64,000 nucleotides of DNA from Sphaerodactylus townsendi (taxonomy: Eukaryota). A model generated the notes under the pieces. The model ran no database searches. It saw only the letters and a list, made by a program, of their open reading frames with translations, and was not told the DNA's origin. Each line of letters opens with the position of its first letter. Positions within the stretch are counted from its first letter, which is position 1. Where the stretch lies: the NCBI RefSeq assembly GCF_021028975.2, contig NC_059427.1, positions 126,976,001 through 127,040,000 of the forward strand, in the 5' to 3' direction. Of this stretch, positions 1 to 12,426 are shown piece by piece. The position numbers and the translations under genes were made by a program.

Positions 1-3000
1 CTTCTAACTAAACATGGTTCTAAGTTTCTGATAGGGGCAGGCAACTCCTTCATGAGCTCTGCCTTGTGGCAATTGGAAAGCATACAATCACAGTCATGCT
101 GACATTCTAATTCTGGAATCCAACTCTTCCAGTGTGGTGGCATTATCACTCCATGGTTATCAGAGTTACTCGTAGCTGTACCCTTCCTTCAACACATAAT
201 GTAATCACAATTGATAGGATTGTGCCAACTGCCTTTTCTTTTTAAAAAACTGCATGCGCACATACTATTTACACCCACACAACAGCTGCTGCTACTGAAC
301 ACCTGGGCAAAATACTCCATTCAGCTATTGGCTGCTCTCATGGGCAATACCCAGGACTGCTCCACAGCAGAGAACCTGAGAGGCAGATAGCAGTTGGTTA
401 ATCCCCTGGAGAGCTCATCAGTACAGCCTCAGCACAGAACTGCCATAGACAGCACTTTGGCCTCTTTCTCTAAGGCCCTTCCCCTTTGAACAATACAAGA
501 TCCTGTTGGCAAGTTTTCTTCAAACACTCCACGCTGGCAGCACATTTTTTTCCTTGTCAGAAATGGCCTAAAGTCAAACAGCTCTCAGCTGAAAGCACAG
601 ATTTCATATTGAAAAACCTGGCACAGGGAAAAAATCATTTTGTTTCAAAGACATGCATGGTAGCAAAGAACTGAAGGTTTGTTTATTTGTTTGTTTGTTT
701 AGACAAAACCTTACTAAGTAGAAATGTTATAAAACAATAATAATGAGAACAGAGGTGTACAGAAATATCTTCTAGGAACACTCCCATGTCACAAGCTTGA
801 AAAACGTTGTAATTAGAAAAAACCAGGTGAAATTAGAAATATTAAGAAGATGAAGTACAAAGGCAGATGAAGTAAATAAGAGATACAAGAGCAGACCAAA
901 ATCTTAATTAGAAAAACTGATTCTCTTGTCTCCTGAACAAGGGAAAGGAGCTTGTCTAAGCTATTCAACTTAGGCAACACAACAGGTCCCAGGGGAATCG
1001 TACAAAAGAAACATGTATTCCTAAGCAGGAGCTATATTTAACAGCGACCTACTAGGAGATTAATTTAAGTAAGCGACCCAGTATTAAAATATGGGTGTGC
1101 CAGGAATCAGAATGCTTGGTTCATTACTGGCTTTAGAAGTGGATTCCAGGTGAAAGGAACCTGCAATTCTTGGAGTCTTTGCCAAAATAGCTAATGCATC
1201 CTCTAGCACTACCTGCTAGAAAATAAATATAAACCTGAAATTCAGAGCCAACTTCTTCCCTGTATCTGAAGTTCGATACCTTACCTTCCTTTCAGAAGGT
1301 CACTGAGGCAGTTCCAATTTAAAATATGCAAGGTAAAATCAACATAACTTTAAAAGCACTTTACTGCAAAGTAAACAGGTGAATTCATACAGTACAACGT
1401 GGTTCTGTATATATCCAGATTTCATAATTTTATAGTATTACAAGACAAAGCTAGCACTTTCAATTAAACCATACATTCAGTGGAAGTCAGTGAAGTACTT
1501 CACGTGAGGTGATTTACACTCAATGAGTGACATCACAATTCCTAATAAGGCCACTGTTATTTCGAACCAACTGAAGGTGTCAAAGGCTTTTCAAAGGTAG
1601 CCCCATTTGTGACACAATGTAATTAGTCTGCCAGAGGTTGCATAGATGTCTCTTTTCTGGAGTTGCCACATGGGATAACATTAAAAACATTTACATTTTT
1701 ACAAGGCAAACAGCTGGGCAGGAGTCTAGACTGTAACAGTGTCATGGAGAAAACTACTTACATGCGTAATTTCTTATTTCCCAGGGGCTCAGTCAATAGG
1801 GATTCCATCTGGGGACAGAATCAGGTTAAGTCCCGCTGCTACCAGTGACTTGCCTTTCAATGACTGAGATATATCTAAACTTGTCAGTTCCTGGCTTGGG
1901 ATAATCAAGCTTACAGAAATGGAAACTCATAGAAGTCCTGCTCTATAAAAGCAGAATCTGACTCCAAGAAAAAGAATATGCAAGTAGGAAATATTTTGAC
2001 ACGACTTTCACACCATCAAAGCTCTTTATATTCATTCCCTTGTTTTAGCCTCTACAAACACTATGTGAGGTAAGTCACTATTAATGTTCCCACACTGAAG
2101 TGCCCAAGAGAGAACAGCTTGCCTACAGACTCCTAATTAGCTCATGACAGTCTGCACCTTATTCTCTTCACTGTTCTATTACACCTTCTTTAGTCAAGGT
2201 TGCACCACTGCGTTCCAGGCCCATTCCAGTTAACACTTTCTGGTGATCACAGAAGGGAGATTTTTCTGACACGAATCATCACTCACCTCTGTCGTCTGAG
2301 AAAGAGCCTGTATAGTGTAGCAAACAGTGCCTGGTCTTGCATCTGAGTAGCCAGAGCTCACATTAGGTGCAACTCACTGTTTGGCCTTGAAAGGCTCTCT
2401 CATCATTAATTCCCAATCTGTAAAACAGAAACAAAAGCAACCAACTTCACAAGGATGCCACAGGGTTAAACATAAAGACTATAAAGTCTGTTGCAAACAA
2501 CAGAATGGAAACAGAAACAGCAGCAGTATGGACACAGTGAGCAAAAAGCGGAGCCTATTAACTCCAGAGAAAGTACAAACAAGTTGAAATTCACAGATCA
2601 TCAGGCAATACAGCAAACGTAAAAAAAAACCACAAGTCCCCGAAACTGTCACACCACACAACTACTGTATCTCTAGAGGATGGCTGTAGAACACTCACCT
2701 CACAAGCAAATGAAAGCACTCCTTGGAGAAGAATCTTCCTCTCAAGGATACATTCTTAGGAGCTGACACATGGATCTCCCAATTATTCCCACAGAGAACC
2801 AGGACCTATTCAAGACAAGCCACACGATTAAACATTATCATACCACACAGTCTTGAGAGTAAAGAATGACTCAAGGAAATGAATAAGTCCCTACCAAGTG
2901 AGCTCACTTGAAGTCATGTCTTAAGTGAAAAATTCACCCTCCCTTTTGTCTCTGAGGAGCAAACTTCCTCTTCAAAAGAACCTTGGCCACCAGCTGTTTC

Positions 3001-6000
3001 TAGGCACACTTTATGGTACCAGTTCTTAACTCGTAAAAAGCTCTGGCACAGTTTGGGACCAAGTAACCAGAAGGACCAGCTTCTCCTCTAACTGAGGAGT
3101 TGGAGTACAAAATCAGCATTGGAGGCCACGTGTCCCACCAAACGCAAGATAGCTAGGGGCAGGGAGCTCCCCCCCGCGCGACTACAATGGCTCCTATGCT
3201 GTGGACCACCCTCTCCAGAGTGGCTTTTCTGGAATATTGCTTACATTTTAGACACCAGGGCTTCATTTATGAGTTTTTATTATTCCCACACACTAGCTGC
3301 CATTTTCTCAGTGTGCACAGTTTCCCCTGCTTCACTAGAACTGCTTTTAAGGGGTTTTTCAATACTGGGGGCCACCTCGTGGATTTCTTATGTTGAAAGG
3401 CAGCCAGAAAATATTTAACATAAGATAAACAAGTCTGCAATTTTATATAGAAGAAGCACCTTGCTTGCACTTCTTCCAGCTTGTCTTTCTTTTTCAAGTG
3501 CCATTCATTTGTTACACTTCCAAAGTTCCACAACAGAGGTTTTCAAACTATGTTGCAGGGAAGAGCTCTCTGGAAGCTTGACAAAAGTTGCCAGTTCAGA
3601 AATTATGAGCAGTCTTGCTAAACAGGCAATTGGTCCATTTTTGCCATTTTTTCCTGTGTCATACACAGTTCTGGGGATGTCTGAGTGCATTTTGGACTCC
3701 CGTCAAAGAGAAGGAAAGGTCCAACAAGTCTGGCCAGTTACTAGCACGTCCTAGGACGAAGTATGTATTCTCTGAAGTACATGAAGGATGCATGACAAAT
3801 ACAGGAGAAATCTTCAGACACTTTGACATAAAAAGTATACCCCAAAGATAGGAAGTATAAAAACTACTGTCTTAGAATATTCACCACTATGGAATCCATA
3901 TGCTTTGCAAAGCTATCCAGTGGTATGAACCAAAGTTCCCTTTTACTGCCTTGTAGCTACTTACCAGCTGCCCCAACCCAACAAGTTTAAACTCAACAGC
4001 CATTCTCTCTTTACTGCTCACTCACATTCACCTCTCCAGCAGCCAGCCTTTGCAGCAGATGGTGTCAGAACATTCGCTCCCTCTTCTTGTGACACTAGGT
4101 TCATTTATCTGCAAACTGGTATATGTGCACTTGCATGATGATTTCTGCCTTGCTCCTGCAGCTTACCGGGCCTTCTCAGTTTGTCTTCCTCTCACCCTGT
4201 CTGACTGTACCTTGAAGTTAGCTCTTGATCCCATTCACCTCCTCTACCTGTGTGGTTGGTCCAGTCCTCTCCTAACCAACATTTTGCTCTGGATTAATTC
4301 TGTGTCCAAATGTCAGCTCCTGTAACTTGCACTTCAAATACTAGCCCATGTTATGGTCTCAGCCCAAACCTGATATTGACTGGTACAATCCTGGGATTCA
4401 GCTTCCAATCATAAGAGATACCCACATCCAGATTTCTCAAACATTCCAGTGTTTTTTCCCTCAGAGCTGCAGGCCCCGGTTCCATCTCACCTGAAATGTT
4501 TCTCCAACTTGCCATCGCCACCTAGGCTTTTCTTCTTAATGCATAAGTCCACCCAATTTCTTACAACATAATTTTCAGCTCAGAGTCTCCACTCTTGGGC
4601 TTATAGTTGTTTTGCACTTTGCTTAAACCGCATTTCCTTTTTTCCTAGCCATTATGTCACACTTTTTGTACAACTTTTCTATAACTGGCCCAGACGCCTT
4701 CCCTTTTTGCATGTCTCAATACCAGACAGTTAGACTTTCCTTCACCATATTTCCCACTATCACCTTAATACTTTCCTGTTTCTCTCAGTAAATGTTTTCT
4801 AAGCAACTGGACCTTTTGCAAGCAGACCCCCGAACAATGTGAGCATATCATTCATACAGAGACCTACCATGAAATAACATACATGAATTAAATTAAATGA
4901 CATGAATAAGCCAGATCCTAATGGGAACTGACACTTGCCTATCTGGTTAGAATATTTTTATGTCACCTCTCCAGGAAACTGTACAAAGAAGCATACAGAA
5001 TAAAAACAAACTAATTAAAAACATTCTTTAAAACTCAGCATCTTACAATGAAGAATACCAGCAGTCTCAAAACTATGCCTGTTAGCTTGTACTTAAATCA
5101 AGAAGCTTAGGAAGAATTACCACATGTCTAAAAAGGAGATAAATCACAAAACACAAACAAACAAGAGGTGCACTGAAATCCCATATGAGACATGCAAGAC
5201 TGTATGTCTTCATTATCCTTGTAGGCAATAGTTTTCCACACATATTATATAGAATAGGGATGTATCTGAGCAGCAGCAGAAGTTCAAAGTATTGTCCTCA
5301 TGTGGTACAAGTTCCATGTATTACAGCCTCCAGAGTAAATATGAATTATGCATTGTGGGGGATGGGGGGAGAGAACAGGAAAAAGGAATACCTCTTTCAG
5401 TGTTGGCAACATCTCCATAAATTAAAAGTGAGCAGAAGCAACTGCTCATTAACAGCCTAATCCTATGCAGAGTTAGGCATGACTAAGCCTATTAAAATGA
5501 ATAGGCACCTGACCCTGCATAGTAGCAGGATATTAGCAGATAAAATATTTTGTTTCCACATACAGGCTCAGTTCTGAACACTCATGCCATTTCTGTACTA
5601 GTTCAATAATTGAAGCAAACTTCAAAAATAAAGCATAACATAAATGTGGGATTCTTTTAACAAAACCAGCAGGCAAGTACCAGCATAGGCTTTTAAAAAG
5701 ATAACAGATTCCTGCTATACCTGGCCAATAAACTGGGAAGGAAGTGAAGGCTCCAGTTTCAATGCTACGTTCCAAAACAAAACAAAGAAACAAAAAGTCA
5801 TGCTTAACTCACGGTCTGCTTGAACAGAATAGCACCCCCTCCTCCAATATACTAAATTATTTCTAAGTGATAATTAATGAAACAAAACAACACACAAATG
5901 CAGTTCAGGGTCCTAGCGTACAAATCCAAGGGGTGGGGTGGGGGTGGCCAATGCAACCAAACTACCGTAAGACTCTCTTTTCAAAACAGCATCCACTCTA

Positions 6001-6489
6001 CTCAATAAACAATACGCCCCAAGACCCCTGCGGGATTCACAATAAGTAAACCCAAAGAGACACACCCAGCAGGAAAACGTGCTCCCCTGTGCAGCCATCA
6101 TAACCCAGAAAGTGGCACACGCCAGAGCTTTCCTCCACTGTGCATGCCTTCACTGGAAGGCCAATCCTCAATCGCCCAAGGAGGCCAGCTTCCGCACGTA
6201 CCCTTAACCAAGTGATCACCCGGGGGCCTATGCAACCCCAAATACCCTCCATGCCTCAATACTATTCATCCTGGTTAAGGCAAAACGCCTACACCCGAGC
6301 AGGTAATCCACAGAACGGAACAGCCTGGAAAACACCTGAATTCTCCCGCTCTTTAATCCCATAGGGCATAAAGCTCCTTCGCAGCCCCAGTTTACTGCAG
6401 TCTCGCCTCCTCCAGCAAAGCAGCACATCCTCTGTATCCCACAGAGCAAAGGGCCCAAAGGCAGACCCCACCCCTGCCACCAACCAGCG

Positions 6490-6800
6490 CTCCCATCTCC
6501 TCTCTTGCTACGAAATAAAGATGCACGCACCTTCCCATACACCTCCGGTGAGCACCGAGGTCCAGCCTCGCCCACAACCCTCGACGCCCCGCCGGGGCAA
6601 ACTCTCGTCCAGAGGCCGCCACCTAGAACGGCGCCGCTCATCAGGAGGATCGAGGGGAAGGGGGGCGCGGTCACACGGGGCCACACCCACTTCATCTACT
6701 TAATCCCACCTCCTCCGATCGGCTGGTTGCCGGCCTGGGGGTTGGAGGCGGTCGGGTTTTGCGTCATCGATCGACTCCCGTCTGCTTAAAAGGAAACTGA
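6490..6800 (-). promoter_or_regulatory. CpG island; probable promoter and non-coding first exon of a divergently transcribed gene (TBC1D16 by synteny)
   Basis: Sharp CpG/GC enrichment against an AT-rich background, GC-rich motifs, TGCGTCA half-CRE near 6760, candidate minus-strand donor (GAGGTGTATGG) near 6534-6545. Gene identity rests only on the known TBC1D16-CCDC40-GAA order in amniotes. Confidence 0.55.
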
Positions 6801-6831
6801 GTTATTCGAGGAATTGTATCCGCTTTGTTCT

Positions 6832-7130
6832 GAGAGCCAGCGTGGTGTGGTGATTAAGAGCTCTGTTATCTGGGGAACCGAGTTTGAGTCCCCTCTCTTC
6901 CATATGAGTGATAGGAGCTTTATCTGGTGAACCAGATATTTTTTCCCACTCCTACATTCCTGGTGGCTGACCTTGAGCTAGTCTCGGTTCCTGCAGAACT
7001 CTCCCAGCCCCACCTACCTCACAAGGTGTCTGTTGTGGGGAAAGGAAGGGAAGGGAGCTTGTAAGCCACCTTGAGTCTCCTTACAGGAGAGAAAGATGGG
7101 ATATAACTACAAACTCTTCTTCTTTTTCTT
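6832..7130 (+). mobile_element. tRNA-derived SINE (Squam3-like squamate SINE)
   Basis: tRNA-like A/B-box head (GTGGTGTGGTGATTAAGAG...GAGTTTGAGTCCC), body shared with at least six other copies in the window, (TCT)n tail. Confidence 0.85.
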
Positions 7131-7476
7131 AGTCCTTACTATTTAGGAGGACCAGACAATCCCATTCCTAGATAGATCATAATGTCAGCACTGCACAGCC
7201 GCAAGCTCACGAGTTTCCACCTAATTTAAACTCGCAATGTAGAAGTCTTATTGCTAAGTTTCAGAGAGTTAGCCGGCTTAGACTGTTGCAGCAACATAAA
7301 ACGGCAATCTAAAGGCACTTGAAAAACGAACAGTGTTTATTATAACATTAATTTTATTAGATTCACAGAGTGAACAATCTTTGTAGAGATTCTTCAGTGG
7401 AAATTAGAGACTTGGTGTTTTATGTTATTTTTTAAATCATTAAAACCAGTGGGTTTAGAACGGTGTCAGTCTTTCT

Positions 7477-7927
7477 TTTTTTATAGTAATTTTTAAATTA
7501 ATTTTCACAGCATAGTTGACATAGAAAAAAGATATGAAACAAAAACAATTTGAAACAGATAGAAACAGAGCAAAAAGGAACACAGTGCATCTACCCCAAA
7601 CTGCATTAATATAATCATAACATAGTGGATCCCAATGTGGCATTCTAATATTATCAGATAAACCATCACGAAATTTTTAAATCACCATCTGCTGTCCACC
7701 AACTCTGCACCGCCTGTACGGATCAGTCTCGTATATCTTAATCATTATCAAATTAATAATCTTCCAATGTTTTTATTTTTACATGATCTATTCTGCTTCT
7801 TATATGAAATAAAGTTCCCACCTTTCATCAAATTCATGTTTTGTCTGTCTTTTTTAAAGGTTTATTAGTTTGGCCATTATAGCATGTCTCTGATTTTATC
7901 TTCCCAAAGTCTTATAGTAAGATCAAG
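7477..7927 (-). mobile_element. 5'-truncated L1/Tx1-type LINE 3' end with 15-bp TSD
   Basis: GGTGTCAGTCTTTCT duplicated at 7462-7476 and 7928-7942; poly-T next to the left copy; degraded ORF2 C-terminus on the minus strand (WEDKIRDM...KHEFDERWELYF). Confidence 0.75.
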
Positions 7928-9544
7928 GGTGTCAGTCTTTCTAGGAGTTCAACGGTCTGAAATCCTAATACTGTTGCGTGGTTTGTTGGATGTCTTAATG
8001 AATTGTTGTTTATATATCTTGTAATGAGCCGTGAGTCTCAATGAGAAAGATGGGCTATAAACTAAATGAATTGTGAACAGAATATACTTAATTGGGTGCA
8101 TGATAGCAAGATACTGTGTTTACTATTTCAGATAATCCCAATACTTTCCTGGAATTAAGGCATAAACGAGTTAGCAAACACTGAATAAATACATTATCAC
8201 CAGTTATTAAAGGGATTATGAAAAATCCCTTTCAAAATGCAGATTCAAATATTCAACACTTCTTCCATATTCAGTCATGAGAGAATACGTTATTATAAAC
8301 TAATTTAGTTTTATCCAGTGATTAAGCATATTTGGCTTTTGTAAATCTGAATATATTCCCTTTAATCTAATATGGCAATTTTGAACAGCTGTTAATTCTT
8401 TTTTTCCACAGGCAACTCAATTCTTTCAAAACAAAAAGTGAAAAAATGGCTGCTCTCTTCAATCAAATATTATAAATCTTCTGTACTAGACCTGTATGTT
8501 GCTAGATCTGTTCTTTCATTGTGTGTATTTTTATGGGACTGCAATTTGCCTATTAAAGATTTTTTCCATAAATTACACATTTGACTTCTTAACTGCTATT
8601 TAAACCTATCCATAAGAAACATTCATATATAAGAAATTGGTGTGTGAGTATAAATGTTTGAGTATGACCCTCTGAAAACTGTTCTATATTTAAGTACCCA
8701 ATAATCCTGTGGTTGATTTTGTTACCAATTTCTTTAATTTAAATATTTAATATTAAAAGATAAGCATAGCTGCTCTATGTGAAAATGTATTGTAGTTGTT
8801 CTCAACCATGTTGAGTTATGAATTCTGATAAATGGTAGTGGGCAACATCACAGCATGACTGTCACAGGAGGTGGTTCAAAATTGTATTATGGAAGGCAAT
8901 TACAGAATGTTCAAAGCCAAGTGTCCTCTTACAATGGGGCAGTTATCTCAAATGAGCAGTCCCAAAGGTTATGTCTCCTGGGATCTTCTGAAGAAACCCA
9001 ACATTGGCTCTTTGCTTTGTGGAAGGTATTGCATCAGGTAACATAAATTGCAGCTAGCAAAAGATAATCCAGTACTTATAAAATTAAAAAAACCTGAGAG
9101 CACTGAACATAAGGAATCCTGTTGCAAACAGCGCACTTTAGAAGAGATTGCCTAGATGGAGCATTACTCGCATACTGCAATTGCTCCACTGGCATCAATT
9201 AATTATCAGGCTCAGTTAAAGGTACTAGCTATCATTTACAAGGCCCTTCATGGCCTTGTTCCCTCAAGAGGTCTTTCGGGGCGGGTGGTCTATCAAATCT
9301 AAATAATAAAGTCTGCCGGACCACCAGTACCTCTATGCTCTGCCATGACACCTTCACTCATCTGAGCAGGGTCTTCTACAGATGTCAACCAGCAAATGGG
9401 GGAAAAAATCAACCACACACACACATACTGAAGACAACCAAATACCTCCAATTTGGAAAAAATTATAAGTCTGTTACTAATGCATGCTAAAATGAAAATC
9501 ATATAAAACTGAAGAAAAACACATTTCATCCATTCAAGCTTGTG

Positions 9545-9740
9545 TGTGTGTGATGTGGCATCAAGTGATTCTTAGAGTCACCATGAGTTGGAAGTGACTC
9601 GTCTTCCAGTTCATCCCTGCTCAGATCTTGCAAACTGAAAGCTGTGGCTTTCTTTATAGAGTCAATATGTCTCATGTTGGGAATATCTCTTTTCGTGCTG
9701 TCTTCAATTTTTTCCATCATTATTGCCTTTTCCAGTTGAA
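9545..9740 (-). mobile_element. RTE-type LINE 3' fragment
   Basis: Minus-strand peptide EKIEDSTKRDIPNMRHIDSIKKATAFSLQDLSR resembles the RTE ORF C-terminus (GKIEG.RKRGRP..RW.D.I); followed by a (CA)n tail. Confidence 0.65.
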
Positions 9741-10393
9741 GCTTGATATAATGGAATATAGGATACCATAGTAGAAGACAAAATTTTCATGACACATCTA
9801 TCACTCTCTAGCATCCAGGGGGAAAAAGTTCCCTTATTTTGTGTACTCAGATTTAAATTTTGACCCAAGCAAATGCAAAGCTGAAGTAAATCCTACATAT
9901 ATAATTTAAAAACAATGCAGGCAACACCATAGTTTTCTCTTTGTGCAGTTATACTTTATTATAAACACTTGTATAATGCAATACTATGTGTCAATACAAT
10001 CTGTGATTAACCTGTGATATTTTAAGAAAAATTCCTGAGTGTTGGGCCTTACACTGCAGTACACCTATGGCTGAATAGCTGTGGCTGAACAGTAGAATTT
10101 TCCACAATCTCTTGCATCTCCAGTTACAGGAATTAGCAGGTGTTGGGATTTTTCACAGTTGGAGGACATTTTTCTTCAGTCCCATTGGTGGACGTAGTGT
10201 TAACTAATTTGGCATAACTAGTGAAATGGTCTCTTGTTTCTATTTTATTAGATCTGCCTTTTACATAATAACATTTCACTCTTCTTGCACTTCATGACCC
10301 CATCATTGATCCTGTTGCTTGGTTTTGCTTTGTTTTGTTTTAGGGTTGCCAATGCTGGACTGGTTAATTTGTAGATATTTGACAGCAGTGACT

Positions 10394-10711
10394 GAGGAAG
10401 AGGAGGAAGAAGAAGAAGACGCAGCAGATGGAGGAGTAGTTTGGATTTATACCCCACCTTTCTCTCCTATAAAGGGACTCAAGGTGGTTTACAAGCTCCT
10501 TTCCTTTCCTCTCCCCACAACAGACACCCTGTAAGGTCGGTGGGGCTGAAAGAGTTCCAAAGAACTATGTTCCAGGGTCACCCAGCAGGAATGTAGGAGT
10601 GCGGAAACACATCTGGTTCACCAGATAAGCCTCTGCCAGGTGGAGAAGTGGGGAATCAAACCTGGTTCTCCAGATTAGAGTCTACTTGCACTTAACGGCT
10701 ACACCACACTG
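10394..10711 (-). mobile_element. tRNA-derived SINE (Squam3-like)
   Basis: Reverse complement of the SINE at 6832; GAA/GAG-rich tail at the left end. Confidence 0.85.
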
Positions 10712-11086
10712 GGGGACATTTTATCAATAATATATGGTATACTCTGGTATAAGGTGTACTCTGCCATCTGAAGCTGCCTCTTTCTTCAAGGGAACTGACA
10801 TCTATAGTCTGGAGATCAGCTGTAACTCCAGGAAAACTCCAAGTCCCACCTGCCGGTTGGCAACTTACATGTTTCAGAAGGCAGCCATGTTTGTCTGCAA
10901 TAGAAGAACTAGTGCCACCTTAGAGATCAACAAGAATTTCAGGTAGATGCTTTTCAGCTCCCTACGTCAGATTTTCTTGCTTTCTTTTTTTTTTTAAGAA
11001 AAGAAATAGGACTATTGTGGCACTTTAAAGACCAGCAAACTTTTATTCCAGTATAACCTTTTGTGGAGTGTAGAATAGTTGTTAGC

Positions 11087-11088
11087 GA

Positions 11089-11136
<48 letters not shown>

Positions 11137-11137
11137 A
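11087..11137. repeat. (GAAA)n microsatellite
   Basis: Direct observation. Confidence 0.95.
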
Positions 11138-11567
11138 ATGCAGACAAACAAAAGGACCACTCATTACAAAATTTTAAAAAATGTGAAAAACCTTCACAAA
11201 AGTCCCTCCTCCCATTGATTTATAAGCCTTTGTATCCTTGAGATTTATAATTAATTCTCTTTTGACCTGACAATTTAGACAGAAGAGTAATTTCTTAGAC
11301 TTTCATAATCCAATCCTGTTTATTTTCAGACATCCTACAGATTCAAAATAGGCAACATTCATCCGTTACTGGAAATGCACATTGTGAGTCAGTCTAGCTT
11401 TTTTCTGTCTCTAGCAGCGGTGACTTCCTATAGCGGGAATGTATTGAGCGTTTCCCCCCCGTATTCTCAAGCGTGGTTCAGTCCAATCTTCCCCTCTCCA
11501 CAATTGGTATCATCCGAGGAGAAGGTGAGTGGGGAGGGAAAAAGCCCGGCGTCTGGATGTTGATACC

Positions 11568-11580
11568 GTTGCTTAGCAAC
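11568..11580. promoter_or_regulatory. RFX X-box in the CCDC40 promoter/5'UTR
   Basis: Palindrome GTTGCT-T-AGCAAC ending 10 nt before the ATG, in a small CpG-rich patch; X-boxes are the established hallmark of ciliary gene promoters. Confidence 0.8.
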
Positions 11581-11590
11581 AGAGGAGAGG

Positions 11591-11607
11591 ATGGAGGAGA
11601 GCCGCGG
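11591..11607 (+). CDS. CCDC40: CCDC40 exon 1 (MEESR-G, phase 2)
   Basis: AGGATGG Kozak context directly after the X-box; donor GG|GTGAGC. Confidence 0.7.
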
Positions 11608-12135
11608 GTGAGCGAGAAAAGAAACGAGCTTTGGACCATTTTAAAGCATTTGTGCATCCGGGCTCGTTATGATTGGATAGGTGGCCGGGCGGGGGTCCTG
11701 AAAAGCTTCAAGCTGAAGATGGATAATTACATTGGGGAGCATGTTACCGCATGTCCCCTACCTCGTTACTTGAAGAAATGCAGCTGCCATTTTAAAAGGA
11801 AGGCGTTTTTAGACGTGTCTGTTGCAGACTGTACAAAGCAGAGTCGAACAAATGTAATTACACTGCTATGCTGTAAAGCAACGCAGCTGCTAAATGGAGG
11901 CATCAGGGGATTCTTGGTTGCCCCAGAAAGGCTGTGGAACATTTAGATTGTTATGTATGCACACAGCCTGACATGAAAGCAGGCCAGGCAGTAAGTAACA
12001 ACCCTTCCTTGCTAAAGGGGAATGAATGAGAATGAGGATTTCTGTTATTTCCAGCCAGAGCTTCAGAGGGAGCAGATGGAAAATAGCATTGGTTGCCTTA
12101 AAAACAACACATATATACATTTCTAACCAAGCTCG

Positions 12136-12180
<45 letters not shown>

Positions 12181-12370
12181 CAACATCTACAGGTTATAGT
12201 GTCTGAAAAGCACAGATGTTTGAATGCTTTCCTCATAACTTTCTACCAAATGCGGAGTCACTAAAGTATAAGGGTAACAGCAGTTTTGAAAAATCTACCA
12301 AGAGGAACATTGAGTAGGGCAGAGTTGAGGCAGGCCTATAGCATGAAGCTTGGTGTCCTGCTACTGTCTA

Positions 12371-12426
<56 letters not shown>

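Noticed and set aside
700-4900. Possible decayed LINE/ERV coding remnants and minus-strand splice donors (e.g. near 1283 and 2698)
   Set aside because: No recognisable protein motif or paired splice signals I can support; probably intron 1 of the upstream gene
6140-6789. Several overlapping Pro/Arg/Gly-rich ORFs
   Set aside because: Expected stop-codon depletion in a CpG island; no TBC1D16-like peptide recognisable
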